DNA of 64,000 bases, from IMG/VR virus record IMGVR_UViG_3300027793_000052, positions 1 through 64,000 of that record. One strand, given 5' to 3'. The notes under the pieces were generated by a model. The model was not told the origin of the DNA. It did not search any database and saw nothing but the letters and a program-made list of their open reading frames with translations. Shown here piece after piece: positions 35,547 through 45,819 of this stretch (within the stretch, counting starts at the first letter, position 1; each line of letters starts with the position of its first letter). The translations under genes and the position numbers were made by a program.

Positions 35547-36149
35547 ATGGATATCGTAAAAATTATGTTACTTGGTAGCGGTTACGATGTAACGAGAGGC
35601 ATTGTCACAAAGAAGAATTACAAAAAAATTAAAAATTCTTCAACTCTCGATAATGTATGGATTAAAAAGTTAGGAAAAAAAATAGAAAAAAATTTTACAG
35701 GATTTAAAACAGAATTTAATGATTATGGAATATCAAAAGGTGATTTAATAATAGAAGTAAACGGCGAAGAATTTGTAAATATACCAATAAGTGTTTTAGA
35801 AGATTATACATTTAATAATGTTGAACTAATGGAATTGGAAGGGTATCAATATCCTTCAACAGATGGTGTTGTTGTAACGTCTGTACAAGAATTATATGGT
35901 GTTTTTATGGATGTAATATTTGTAACTTCTGAAAAATTTGATGTCACAAAGTTTAAATTTATTAAAAAAGAAATACAAGACGAAAAAGAAGAAACTTTAT
36001 TTAATTTAATTTCTGAAGTTTACTATGATGAAGAGTTAATTAAATTTGAGGGTGATAACACAGATTTACGTATGTCAAATGTTAACTTTGATATAGGTAA
36101 AAAAGAAAAAGTTTCAAAAAATGAAAAAGACGATAATAGACAACTTTAG
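35547..36149 (+). CDS. Hypothetical protein
   Basis: ORF track. Confidence 0.5.
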   Translation: MDIVKIMLLGSGYDVTRGIVTKKNYKKIKNSSTLDNVWIKKLGKKIEKNFTGFKTEFNDYGISKGDLIIEVNGEEFVNIPISVLEDYTFNNVELMELEGYQYPSTDGVVVTSVQELYGVFMDVIFVTSEKFDVTKFKFIKKEIQDEKEETLFNLISEVYYDEELIKFEGDNTDLRMSNVNFDIGKKEKVSKNEKDDNRQL

Positions 36150-36348
36150 GATTAACGATAACGTTTTAATAACAAGTTTTAACCCACCTTTGGAGGGTAG
36201 AATAGCTGACATGTATGAAATGGAACCAAATATGATTGGTGATCCTACTTTAACAAAAATGTATCCTAAAATGGTACCAATTATTGAGGTGATATTGAAA
36301 GACGGTAAGTTACGTTCTTTTGTGAAAGATGTTGTAAAAAAGGTTTAA
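36121..36348 (+). CDS. Hypothetical protein
   Basis: ORF track. Confidence 0.45.
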   Translation: MKKTIIDNFRINDNVLITSFNPPLEGRIADMYEMEPNMIGDPTLTKMYPKMVPIIEVILKDGKLRSFVKDVVKKV

Positions 36349-36350
36349 AT

Positions 36351-36442
36351 CTTTCGTTTATGGGTTTCATACAACTTCAATATATTCGTTTAGTGTTACT
36401 TTAACCGCTGTAGATACCTTTCGTTTATGGGTTTCATACAAC
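36351..36442. CRISPR. CRISPR-like mini-array A (1 full and 1 truncated 36-nt repeat, 31-nt spacer) overlapping an ORF 3' end
   Basis: GCTGTAGATACCTTTCGTTTATGGGTTTCATACAAC at 36407-36442; identical 25-nt part at 36351-36375; 32/36 identical to the array B repeat. Confidence 0.5.
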
Positions 36443-37347
36443 ATACGCACGCAGATTTTCTGAAATTCTGGGTATTCTACCCCCATTTCTTTACATTTTA
36501 ACCATATTTTATCATAATCTGCATATAAAACCGGTTTCTGATCACCAGTATCTATGTTATCTAAAAATAAAAAATCCCCATTTTTATCAATATATTTTGT
36601 CCATCCTGGTTGTTTTTCTGATTCTACCAATTCACAATCCATTAATTTTTCCATAATAAACCCCTCACATGGGGATAATTCCGGAACATCATTAACCCAA
36701 TCAAATTCTTCTTCGTTTTCTTTTAACCCTTTTTTACTTTTCATTAAGTTCTTTAAAACGTAAGAACCGGCTGATAATGATATACCCATCATAAGTTCAT
36801 CTAAGTTATCAACACTAAAACCTTTTTCTGATGCAATATCTTTTAAAGTATTTAAAATCGGAACTGACATAAAAGTAAAAGACAACACATCAATTAAAGT
36901 TGTTATAGTAACACCAATCTTCATACCTATAGTTTTAAATAAATTAATACTGGCATTCATAAATTTGACAACGCCCTTTAACTCTTCATTTAGTTTACGT
37001 TTTTTTAATTCAGAAATTAATTTTTTTAAATCTTCTTTGGACTTAGATGTCAAAATGTAAACTGCTGTCATAACCAAAAGTGTTGCATCATATTCGGTTA
37101 TGTTTATGTTTTTATTATGTAATAATTCTATAACAGGCCCAGAAAAAGCACTAATACCTAAACCATAAGTTAACATAAAGTCAGCATTGATTTTCATATC
37201 GTTAATAACTTTTTTAATTATAGGTTTACTACTTGGTATACCACCACTACCTTCATTAATTATTTTTTCATACATCATGTGAACTTGACCTTCCATGTAC
37301 ACACGTTCAGTTAATAAGTTTAACGATAATTTTGATAAGTTACTCAT
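36367..37347 (-). CDS. Two-module protein: membrane module plus array-associated module ending in repeat/spacer-coded peptide
   Basis: LKENEEEFDW junction; C-terminal module paralogous to 48217-48675. Confidence 0.65.
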   Translation of the reverse strand: MSNLSKLSLNLLTERVYMEGQVHMMYEKIINEGSGGIPSSKPIIKKVINDMKINADFMLTYGLGISAFSGPVIELLHNKNINITEYDATLLVMTAVYILTSKSKEDLKKLISELKKRKLNEELKGVVKFMNASINLFKTIGMKIGVTITTLIDVLSFTFMSVPILNTLKDIASEKGFSVDNLDELMMGISLSAGSYVLKNLMKSKKGLKENEEEFDWVNDVPELSPCEGFIMEKLMDCELVESEKQPGWTKYIDKNGDFLFLDNIDTGDQKPVLYADYDKIWLKCKEMGVEYPEFQKICVRMLYETHKRKVSTAVKVTLNEYIEVV

Positions 37348-37415
37348 ACAATAATAAATATGCTTTACCTTTCTTTAAAGATAATTTAGAATATTTATAT
37401 AATAAAATATTTAAC

Positions 37416-38078
37416 ATGAAAAAAGTCATAAGATTAAATGAAAATGATATTGAAAAATTGGTTAAAAAAATCATCAGAGAAGGTGAAACCAGTTACATGA
37501 ATGATCACGAAGCTAATACATATATGTTTTGGCAAAACCTTGAAACCATTAAACATGCCGCAGAGGAAATTTTGGAGATGGACAGGGAAAAAATAAATGA
37601 AATTTTAGCAGATGGTCATGCTTGGGCCATGGACCATATTGCGACTTCAGCTGATGATGTTGAAGAAGTATATCATTTTTTGGAAGGTCGTGAAGATGAT
37701 TATGAAAAACATGAACACAAGGAAGAAGAAGAGGAGGAGGAAGAATATGGGCAATATATGGAATCCATCAAAGGTAGAATAATTCATGCTGACGAATTTG
37801 GCTTCACAGAGTTATTACCAATAAATGAAGGTAAAGGTAAAGGGGCTTGTGCAAACAGAGATTTAAATAAACCTTGGTTAACACCTGATGGACCTAAAAA
37901 ACGTTCTGTTTGTGTTAAAAACGCTTCAGGAAATGTGGTTAAAGTTAATTTTGGTGACCCTAATATGAGAATTAAAAAATCAAACCCTGAAAGAAGAAAA
38001 TCTTTTAGAGCTAGACATAAATGTGAGAATCCAGGACCAAAGTGGCGTGCACGCTATTGGTCGTGTAAGTTTTGGTGA
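37416..38078 (+). CDS. Conserved phage protein with leader motif
   Basis: LVKKIIRE; VNFGDPNMRIKKSNPERRKSFRARHKC..RYWSC. Confidence 0.6.
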   Translation: MKKVIRLNENDIEKLVKKIIREGETSYMNDHEANTYMFWQNLETIKHAAEEILEMDREKINEILADGHAWAMDHIATSADDVEEVYHFLEGREDDYEKHEHKEEEEEEEEYGQYMESIKGRIIHADEFGFTELLPINEGKGKGACANRDLNKPWLTPDGPKKRSVCVKNASGNVVKVNFGDPNMRIKKSNPERRKSFRARHKCENPGPKWRARYWSCKFW

Positions 38079-38959
38079 TACAACCCAATACCCCTATAAG
38101 ATTTTAACTTACCCTTAATAACTTTAGTTATATTTGACCTATCTAGATTATTTTCTTTACAAAATTTAGATAGGTCATTTTTTAATATATCTATGACTAA
38201 TTTTTTACCCATATCATAAAGTTTCACCATTTCAACATTTAAAACATCGTATTCTTGACATTTTGTTAAAATTTCATCATCAGTTTGTTGGGTGTCTAAA
38301 AAACAATAATAACCATTATGTCTTTTAATATTTTTAGTATGACCTCTTAGTGTGTTAACAAAAAAATGTATTTTCAAATTATTTTGTTGACAAAAATCCC
38401 CCAAATTTTTAATCCTCAAAATATTATTTTTTCCATCAACTAAAATCCAACTTTTTGATTTGTTTTTATTTTGTTCAATTAATCTGGGCCCGTTTTTTTG
38501 ACTTATCTTATTTTTATGTTCTTCGGTAAATTTTTTACCTTTGTTGTATCCTATGAATTTGACTTTAATTTTTTCCTTATAATCATTACTGTTTAAAGTT
38601 TTTTGCCATTTTTCAGATTTTTTTAAACCTTCAGAAATTCTATTAGATAAATCTTCAGATATTATTCTATTTTTCTGACCACCTCCTAAAACATTATACC
38701 CATTAGGTGTTAGTGAGTTATGTTCATTTATCCAATAGATTTCCTTTTTATCTAACTCATCAATCGATGAAGCCTCATCAATCACTTCCCATTCAAAATT
38801 ATCTATACCATATTTTTTTATTGCATTTAAAAATGGTCTATCATTTTTATCATTTTTCGATTCTTTTAGGTGTCCACTAATTCTTTTATCTAAACCCCTT
38901 ATGGTCTGACCTATGTAAACTTTCCCATTTATTTTATTTTTAACCATATAAATTACCAT
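38054..38959 (-). mobile_element. GIY-YIG homing endonuclease with NUMOD-like repeats
   Basis: VIYMVKNKINGKVYIGQT...GYNV; KGKKFTEEHKNKIS. Confidence 0.88.
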
Positions 38960-39024
38960 AACTACTGACTATTTATTATATAAATATCTATAACTTTTAA
39001 TGGAGTTGTAAATTTTGGTAAAAT

Positions 39025-39471
39025 ATGAAACATATAATCAAAGAAGTTCTCTTACAAGAGGCTAAAAAAAAGAAATCGAATGACCGTTGTACACGTATTG
39101 CTAAACGTAAATACGACGTATGGCCATCTGCTTACGCATCAGGTGCTGTAGTTAAGTGCCGTCAAGGTAAAATTTGGAAAAATGAAGATTTGGAATATGA
39201 TTTGGATACTTTGATGGAAAATACTGAGTATGAAGATTTACTTAGTGAAGAACCTAAGAGAGATTTTTCAAAAGAAAAAGAAAAGGGGTTACACGGATGG
39301 TTTGAACGTAGAGGTGGAACAGGTAAGGCTAAAGGATGGGTAGATTGTAACACTTGTCGTGACGGTAAATGTAAACCGTGCGGTAGACAAGAGGGTGAGA
39401 AAAGAAAGAAACCTAGATGTAGGCCAACACCATCACAATGTAAGGGGTATAAAAGACCGGATCAAAGATAA
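39025..39471 (+). CDS. Cys/basic-rich phage protein
   Basis: WPSAYASGAVVKCR, GLHGWF, WVDC, PRCRP. Confidence 0.6.
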   Translation: MKHIIKEVLLQEAKKKKSNDRCTRIAKRKYDVWPSAYASGAVVKCRQGKIWKNEDLEYDLDTLMENTEYEDLLSEEPKRDFSKEKEKGLHGWFERRGGTGKAKGWVDCNTCRDGKCKPCGRQEGEKRKKPRCRPTPSQCKGYKRPDQR

Positions 39472-40197
39472 ATGAAAAATTTAATTCGTAAAATATTAAA
39501 AGAAGAATTAAAGACTAAAAAATATAAGTCTTTAAAACCTGGCGTTGCTGAACTACATGGTAAAAAGATTGTTGTGGTTTTAGATGAGAACGATAGAATA
39601 GTTGCACATGGACCTTACATAACTGACACTACAGATAAAAGGTATATATGTCATATTGCTGAAGGTTTAATAGAAGAACTATTCGATGAAGGTGAAATAC
39701 AAATGGAAAGTTTGTTAAAAGAACTAGATACAAAAGATTTTACTAATATTCAAAAAATAAACTATTGTGACAACATTAGAGAATCCGAAGAAATAGATTC
39801 TGAAAATGTTTTATTAAGTGGTCATAAAGGTCACACAGGTAAAGTGTTTGTACATAGAAATTTAAATAAACCACCTTATTGGACAATAAAGGCTAGAAGT
39901 GGTGAAAACGCTGGGATTGTTATTGGTTATGATAAAACAGTTTGTTTAACAAATGTTGTATTCTCAGTTAGTGAAAAATCACGTCAAAGGGTTTTAGTGA
40001 CAAAACAAAAAAACGTACATGCTGGGGTGGTTGGGTATTTAAAAGAAAATTGTTCTACGAACACAAGCGGTTGGATTCCTGTCACATATAATCCTTACAA
40101 ATATAGTACTTTTATTAGATTAGATAATGGTCAACCTATATATGAAGCTAGTGAGGCCATATTAAAAAATGAAAAAGAAATTTGGGTAAAAATTTAA
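39472..40197 (+). CDS. Hypothetical protein with MKNLIRKILKE leader
   Basis: Leader; C-terminal HRNLN..KNVHAGVVG..VTYNPYKY domain. Confidence 0.6.
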   Translation: MKNLIRKILKEELKTKKYKSLKPGVAELHGKKIVVVLDENDRIVAHGPYITDTTDKRYICHIAEGLIEELFDEGEIQMESLLKELDTKDFTNIQKINYCDNIRESEEIDSENVLLSGHKGHTGKVFVHRNLNKPPYWTIKARSGENAGIVIGYDKTVCLTNVVFSVSEKSRQRVLVTKQKNVHAGVVGYLKENCSTNTSGWIPVTYNPYKYSTFIRLDNGQPIYEASEAILKNEKEIWVKI

Positions 40198-40203
40198 TTT
40201 ATT

Positions 40204-42819
40204 ATGCCTTACGAAATAGATCCTAAAAATAAAAAATGTGTCAGAAAGGCCGATAGCAAAAAACGTGTCGGTTGTACAAAAGGTTCTGTAAAGAAGTACC
40301 TTACAGCATTACGTATGAATGTTAGTGAATCTGAAATGGGTGATTTTGAATGGGCGGAAGAAACTATAAGTGGTGGAGTGGATTTAAACAACCCTGAAGT
40401 TTTATTTACAGTTTTAGAAGATACATTTAAAAACAGTAATTTTAAAATAGTAAAAAACGGTGGTATCTATCATATCGAAGACCAATACGGTGATATATAT
40501 TCCTACATAAGTAAAAATGACTTCAACCTACCTTTTATTTATCATGATATTAAAGATAATATAACATTTTTAACTGGTGAAGGTGATAATGATTTATTAC
40601 CTTATTATAGGAGATTACTTAACTTAATAAGACATTTATATAAAAACAACATAAACCAATTATTCAAACCCATCAATGAAACAGAAGATGATTTTAGTTG
40701 GTTTGATTTGGATAGTGGGGTAAGATTAGGTGACTTATGGCAAAGTGGTACCTTAAAAGTTGGTGATGTTATTTTTATCTCTGGTGATGTTTATGATGGT
40801 GAAGGTAAGTTATTAACAACATTTAATAAAGAATTATTCGAAGTCACTCAAATAATCGTACATGGTGATGACCATAGAATGAAATTTAAATGGGTTGATA
40901 ACACAAAAGAAAAACCTAATGATTGGAAGGATGTTTTGAGTTATGAAAATACTATAATAGTAGACGGTTTAATTGATTCTGATTTTAAATGGATAATAGA
41001 ACCTGTAACAAAATCAATTAATGAATCTGAAGAAGGTGAATTTGGTTGGGTTGAAGATATCTTAGATAACCCAATTAATATGTTAGTAAAGGGTGGTGTT
41101 TATTTAGTTAATCACAGAGATAAGGATGAATGGGGGTTAAATGTTAAAGTTTTAGATTTTACAAGTGATACTGTGTCTTACATAAGAAGAGTAACTGATA
41201 ATGGTGATCAAACCTTAAATAATAGTGAAAACATAATAGGTAGAAGTAGGGTTGATAAGTTAATAACCCGTAATTATTGGCAATTAATACCAACCAAAAC
41301 CTCTTTATTTAGTGATACTATAAAAGAATCCGAAGATAATTTTGGATGGGCTGAAGATATAATTGAAAAACCATTTTTAGATTTTACAGGTAAGGAACTT
41401 TTAATAGATGTTAGAGGTTTTACAGAGGAAGAACGTGAAGAATTGTACCAAGTCTTAAAAGGTTATATAGATTTTGATTATGGTAGAGAACATAGAGGTG
41501 ATTGGAACCCCAAATGTATTATAGATAATTATAATCTTAAATCGGTTTGTCTTCATTGTGGTACTGAGGATTTTGATTATGAACCACAAAGAGGTCATAT
41601 ATGTTGTTTATCTAACACATATGACGAACAACCGGCTTACACCAAAGCAAATATCATACCAATTGACGGTAAAATTTTATTGGGTAAAAATAATTTAAAT
41701 GAGGCTGAAAAAATTAGTTCTGATGATTTTGGATGGGCTGAAGATATAATACACGGTGAAGCTATCGGAATTAACATACAAGGTAAAGACGATTTTATAA
41801 GAAACCTAAAACCAGGTTCCGTTTTAAAGATAAGTGGTGACCAAGACGGATTGTTTTTTTATGATGAAATGGTTGAGGTTGTGTCTAATTTTCCTAGTTC
41901 CGATGATAGAGCGACAAATTTAAAATTAATAAAATTTAGTGGTTTTTTAGCAACTGATGATGCTGATGCTGATATGGAAGGTACACATTGTGGTGGTATT
42001 TCAACTAATGATGAAATTAAATCTAAATGTGGGTGTGAAAATTATGGTGAAGGTATAAATCAAGATATGGGTATTGGTAGATGCTGGTGGGTTGATTTGA
42101 AAAACTCAGTAGACGAAATATCTTTCTATCCATCCAAAAGTAATATAATGGAAAATAAAAATAAAAAACCTTTATTAAAAGAAGGTCGTTATGACCGTAT
42201 AACAAGTAGTGTTGTAAGGGACATTATGGAATTGGTGAAAACTAATAAAGAAGGTTATTTTCATTTACCCGATGATGTTAGGGATGAATTATATTATGAA
42301 CAAGAAGGTTTATCTTTTAGTGTTGAAATAACGATAAAAAAAACAGAAGATCCTATAACATTTGAAGTTGGTACTATTACGGTTGGTGATGAAGAATATG
42401 ATGAAGAATACGATGAAAACGTGTTAGAAATGTCAATCTTATTGGGTACAAATTTTAATAGACAAAATTTTGAAAGTTTATTTTATAAACTACAAGAAGA
42501 TGTGAGACATGAAATAGAACACTTTACTCAAGAAGGTCCTGATAGAATAAAAGATAAACCTAAATCTAAAGAAAAAACATCAGAATTACCACCATTCGAA
42601 CATCATACACATATAACTGAAATACCAGCTTTGGTACATGGTTTTTATCGTCGAGCTAAATTGGAAAGAAGACCATTAGATGAAATAATGGTTGAAGATT
42701 TAGATGAAGATATATCCAAAGGTAATTTAACCAAAGAACAGGCTAGTCAAATACTCACATTATGGATTGATTACGCCAAAAAACATTTACCACATGCTCA
42801 ATATAGTGGTGAATATTAA
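40204..42819 (+). CDS. Large modular polyprotein-like protein: five E-x-DFGW-type junctions plus C-terminal HExxH module
   Basis: VSESEMGDFEW, INETEDDFSW, INESEEGEFGW, IKESEDNFGW, LNEAEKISSDDFGW; VRHEIEHFTQ. Confidence 0.7.
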   Translation: MPYEIDPKNKKCVRKADSKKRVGCTKGSVKKYLTALRMNVSESEMGDFEWAEETISGGVDLNNPEVLFTVLEDTFKNSNFKIVKNGGIYHIEDQYGDIYSYISKNDFNLPFIYHDIKDNITFLTGEGDNDLLPYYRRLLNLIRHLYKNNINQLFKPINETEDDFSWFDLDSGVRLGDLWQSGTLKVGDVIFISGDVYDGEGKLLTTFNKELFEVTQIIVHGDDHRMKFKWVDNTKEKPNDWKDVLSYENTIIVDGLIDSDFKWIIEPVTKSINESEEGEFGWVEDILDNPINMLVKGGVYLVNHRDKDEWGLNVKVLDFTSDTVSYIRRVTDNGDQTLNNSENIIGRSRVDKLITRNYWQLIPTKTSLFSDTIKESEDNFGWAEDIIEKPFLDFTGKELLIDVRGFTEEEREELYQVLKGYIDFDYGREHRGDWNPKCIIDNYNLKSVCLHCGTEDFDYEPQRGHICCLSNTYDEQPAYTKANIIPIDGKILLGKNNLNEAEKISSDDFGWAEDIIHGEAIGINIQGKDDFIRNLKPGSVLKISGDQDGLFFYDEMVEVVSNFPSSDDRATNLKLIKFSGFLATDDADADMEGTHCGGISTNDEIKSKCGCENYGEGINQDMGIGRCWWVDLKNSVDEISFYPSKSNIMENKNKKPLLKEGRYDRITSSVVRDIMELVKTNKEGYFHLPDDVRDELYYEQEGLSFSVEITIKKTEDPITFEVGTITVGDEEYDEEYDENVLEMSILLGTNFNRQNFESLFYKLQEDVRHEIEHFTQEGPDRIKDKPKSKEKTSELPPFEHHTHITEIPALVHGFYRRAKLERRPLDEIMVEDLDEDISKGNLTKEQASQILTLWIDYAKKHLPHAQYSGEY

Positions 42820-42894
42820 TTTACTGTACCAATTATTTAACCTATATTTGTAATAATAAAGAATTTAATTAAATAAATTTTAAGTTTACAAAAA

Positions 42895-43149
42895 ATGGGT
42901 AAAGCAAAAAAAGAACACAGAAAAAGAGTTGAAGCACGTAATCGTAGAATTGAACAGGCTAGAAAAAGTTTTAGAGACAAGTTCAGAGAAGAACTTTTAA
43001 AAGAAATTGAATTGGAAAAGGCAAGAAGAATTGCTGAAAACCCTGAACTAATGGCAGAATTAGAAAAGAAAGTTAGGGAAGAAGGGGAAAAAATTGTCGA
43101 GACAAACCCGAATGACACTGAAACTATTATAACAAAATCTATAGAATAA
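42895..43149 (+). CDS. Charged helical hypothetical protein
   Basis: ORF track. Confidence 0.5.
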   Translation: MGKAKKEHRKRVEARNRRIEQARKSFRDKFREELLKEIELEKARRIAENPELMAELEKKVREEGEKIVETNPNDTETIITKSIE

Positions 43150-43153
43150 CCAT

Positions 43154-43777
43154 ATGAACAGTGAAGTTTTAGAATACGAAATTATAAACCGCGAAACCAA
43201 GTACAAAGGATTTTCCAAATTAGAAGAAGTTACAGTAAAACACGGTGATACTGAATTTAAACGTGAAGTTTTTGATAGAGGTAATGCTGCGGCAGCTTTA
43301 GTTTATAACACAGAAACTAATAAATTTCTTTTTGTGGAACAGTATCGTCCAGGTGCCGACGGAGTAACAGTTGAAATTGTGGCCGGTGGTATTGATGACG
43401 GTGAAAAACCACAAGATACGGTTAAAAGAGAAATTGCTGAAGAGTTGGGGTATAAAGTTGATAAGTTGACCCATATTACAGATTGTTACGTATCACCTGG
43501 AGCTAACACAGAAGTTACCGCTATATTCTACGCTGAAGTAAGTGAAAAAATAGGTGAAGGTGGTGGTATTGATAATGAAAATATTAAAATAGTTGAAGTG
43601 GACGAGTTGGGTTTAAACGGGAATTTATTTTTTAGTATACCTGAAGATGGTAATATAGTTCCACCATATAAACTTATTGATGCTAAATCCATAATTGCGG
43701 TTAGTTGGTTTATGACTTCTAAATTGATGAAATCCCTTTGGGAAACTATTTCTGATTATAAAATGAAATCTTTATAA
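43154..43777 (+). CDS. NUDIX hydrolase (ADP-ribose pyrophosphatase/NudK-like)
   Basis: EIVAGGIDDGEKPQDTVKREIAEELG; SPGANTE. Confidence 0.88.
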   Translation: MNSEVLEYEIINRETKYKGFSKLEEVTVKHGDTEFKREVFDRGNAAAALVYNTETNKFLFVEQYRPGADGVTVEIVAGGIDDGEKPQDTVKREIAEELGYKVDKLTHITDCYVSPGANTEVTAIFYAEVSEKIGEGGGIDNENIKIVEVDELGLNGNLFFSIPEDGNIVPPYKLIDAKSIIAVSWFMTSKLMKSLWETISDYKMKSL

Positions 43778-44394
43778 TGAAAACAATATTCGTAAACGTA
43801 AACACACAAGAAGATTTCTTTGGTGAGGATAGTAAAGTTAAAGTTCCAAATGTGGAATCAATACGTCCTAAATTAAAAGCTTTAACATCATTCGCTAAAG
43901 AAAATAAAATAAAGGTGGTCAATGTTATTAGTTGGTATGATCCTAAAAATGAAATGTTTAAACCACCACATGATTTTAATAAAACATTTCCTGAACACTG
44001 TGTCGCAAACACAAATGGAACCAACTTTATCAAAGAAACTTTACCTGAAGATGATTATTTTTTAATCAAATGGGATGCACCTTATATTGTCTTTCCTGAA
44101 ATACATAAACATCGTAATTTGATTGTTTTCAAAAACAACATCAACCTTATTGAAGGTAACAAATTTGCTGACAGTGTATTAAACAATTTAGGTACCGTAT
44201 TAATGGATAGACCTTTGTATGTTGTTTACGGTGTTGGTGCGGGATTGGTCGCCAAAGATTTAACACGTAGAGGTTACAATGTTAAAGTTATAACTGATGC
44301 TACCATAGAATTTAATAACATACCTTTAAGTTACGAAGAGGTAGGTGTTGAACCAATAACTACTGAGTATTTATTTTCTTCTGAATTGGCATAA
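43777..44394 (+). CDS. Isochorismatase/nicotinamidase-fold protein, catalytic residues degenerate
   Basis: VNTQEDF, FPEHCV retained; catalytic Asp and Cys not evident. Confidence 0.6.
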   Translation: MKTIFVNVNTQEDFFGEDSKVKVPNVESIRPKLKALTSFAKENKIKVVNVISWYDPKNEMFKPPHDFNKTFPEHCVANTNGTNFIKETLPEDDYFLIKWDAPYIVFPEIHKHRNLIVFKNNINLIEGNKFADSVLNNLGTVLMDRPLYVVYGVGAGLVAKDLTRRGYNVKVITDATIEFNNIPLSYEEVGVEPITTEYLFSSELA

Positions 44395-44415
44395 TATTTA
44401 ATAAAATAATTTAAA

Positions 44416-45033
44416 ATGGAATATACTGAAGATGAAATATTAGAAGTTGTATCTCGTTGGGAAAATTCGGGATTATTATACGGTTTACCTTTATATGAAA
44501 AACAAGAGTTAGCACCAATATACGATAACGTTGCCAGACTTGCCATCTCTAAATTAGACAAAGGTTTAATAAGTCGTGAAGTATCAGACTTATTGGATAA
44601 CGTAATGTTTCCTATATGTAGAAGACTTTATCGTAGGGTTGGTTCAGACTTTGAAATAGAAAGAATGATAGAAAATCTAATCAAAGAAGTTAATGAAAAT
44701 AAAGATAAATTAAACAGTTTTGTGGTTGACAAAACTACAAATCCTATTGTTGAATTTTGTGTTACATTCGCGGACGGGTATGAAGATGAAACAATAAGTA
44801 ATAAGCAATTTAGTGATGAAGAATATATAGAAAGAGTTGATAAAGTATTAGATACACTACGTCACATACTCCTCAACAAAGATATGGTATCATTTGTGGA
44901 TAGAACAAATTCTGATTGGAAGATTATGTTATCTGACGCTAAAAAATCTTCCAAACAAGTAAGATATTGGAACCAAAAAATATGTAAAGAATTTCTTAGT
45001 CAAATTATGTCAGATACAAACAAAGCTATATAA
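44416..45033 (+). CDS. Protein whose N-terminus resembles the N-terminal region of T4-like major capsid proteins
   Basis: RWENSGLLYGL..LAPIYDN..VMFPICRRL. Confidence 0.45.
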   Translation: MEYTEDEILEVVSRWENSGLLYGLPLYEKQELAPIYDNVARLAISKLDKGLISREVSDLLDNVMFPICRRLYRRVGSDFEIERMIENLIKEVNENKDKLNSFVVDKTTNPIVEFCVTFADGYEDETISNKQFSDEEYIERVDKVLDTLRHILLNKDMVSFVDRTNSDWKIMLSDAKKSSKQVRYWNQKICKEFLSQIMSDTNKAI

Positions 45034-45089
45034 GTATATTAAACCATTTTTTCAAACTAATTAATATTTATTGTTAGTAAATAATTTTA

Positions 45090-45614
45090 ATGAGTAAATA
45101 CAACAAATCCTATCTTATTAATTATGAGATAAAAGCAAATAAAGTTCGTATTATAGGTGACAATATAGAACCAAGAATATGTAACATCAAAGAAGCTATC
45201 AGTATAGCGGAATCCATGGAAATGGATTTGGTTGAAATAAATTCAAATTCAGAACCACCAATATGTAGAATTGTCAGGTATGACAAATTTTTATATGAGG
45301 AAAAACGTAAACAAAGGGATGTAGAAAAAAGAAACCGTGAAAATCGTATAGAAGTTAAAGAAATACAATTATCACCAAACATTGATATTCATGATGTGGA
45401 ATTTAAATCAAAACATGCCATCAAATTTTTAAAAGAAAATAACAAAGTAAAGTTAGTGGTCAAGTTCGGCGGTCGTGAAATTATGTTTAAAGAGCGGGGT
45501 GAAAAACTTTTATTAGAATTTGTTCAAAATTTGGAATCCTTTGGGGTACCTGAGTATTTACCAAAATTAGAAGGTAAAAGAATGCATTTAATTTTAAAAC
45601 CTAAAAAACAATAA
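45090..45614 (+). CDS. infC: Translation initiation factor IF3
   Basis: INYEIKANKVRII, DLVEI, PPICRIVRYDKFLYE, KVKLVVKFGGRE. Confidence 0.95.
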   Translation: MSKYNKSYLINYEIKANKVRIIGDNIEPRICNIKEAISIAESMEMDLVEINSNSEPPICRIVRYDKFLYEEKRKQRDVEKRNRENRIEVKEIQLSPNIDIHDVEFKSKHAIKFLKENNKVKLVVKFGGREIMFKERGEKLLLEFVQNLESFGVPEYLPKLEGKRMHLILKPKKQ

Positions 45615-45624
45615 AAAAAGGGAC

Positions 45625-45819
45625 TTATGTCCCTTTTTCTGTATTTTGTATTTTTTTATGTGTTTCCATCAGTTCCCTCATGTCAGCATATATTTGTTCA
45701 ACAGCTAATTTGAGGTATCCGGTTTTTTCTTCATCATTAGATTTATCCATTTCAGACTTTAACCCTTTTACCTTATCAACCAAATTTTGTAATTTTATAT
45801 AATATATTTCCTTATCCAT
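45625..45819 (-). CDS. Small helical protein
   Basis: ORF track. Confidence 0.45.
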   Translation of the reverse strand: MDKEIYYIKLQNLVDKVKGLKSEMDKSNDEEKTGYLKLAVEQIYADMRELMETHKKIQNTEKGT

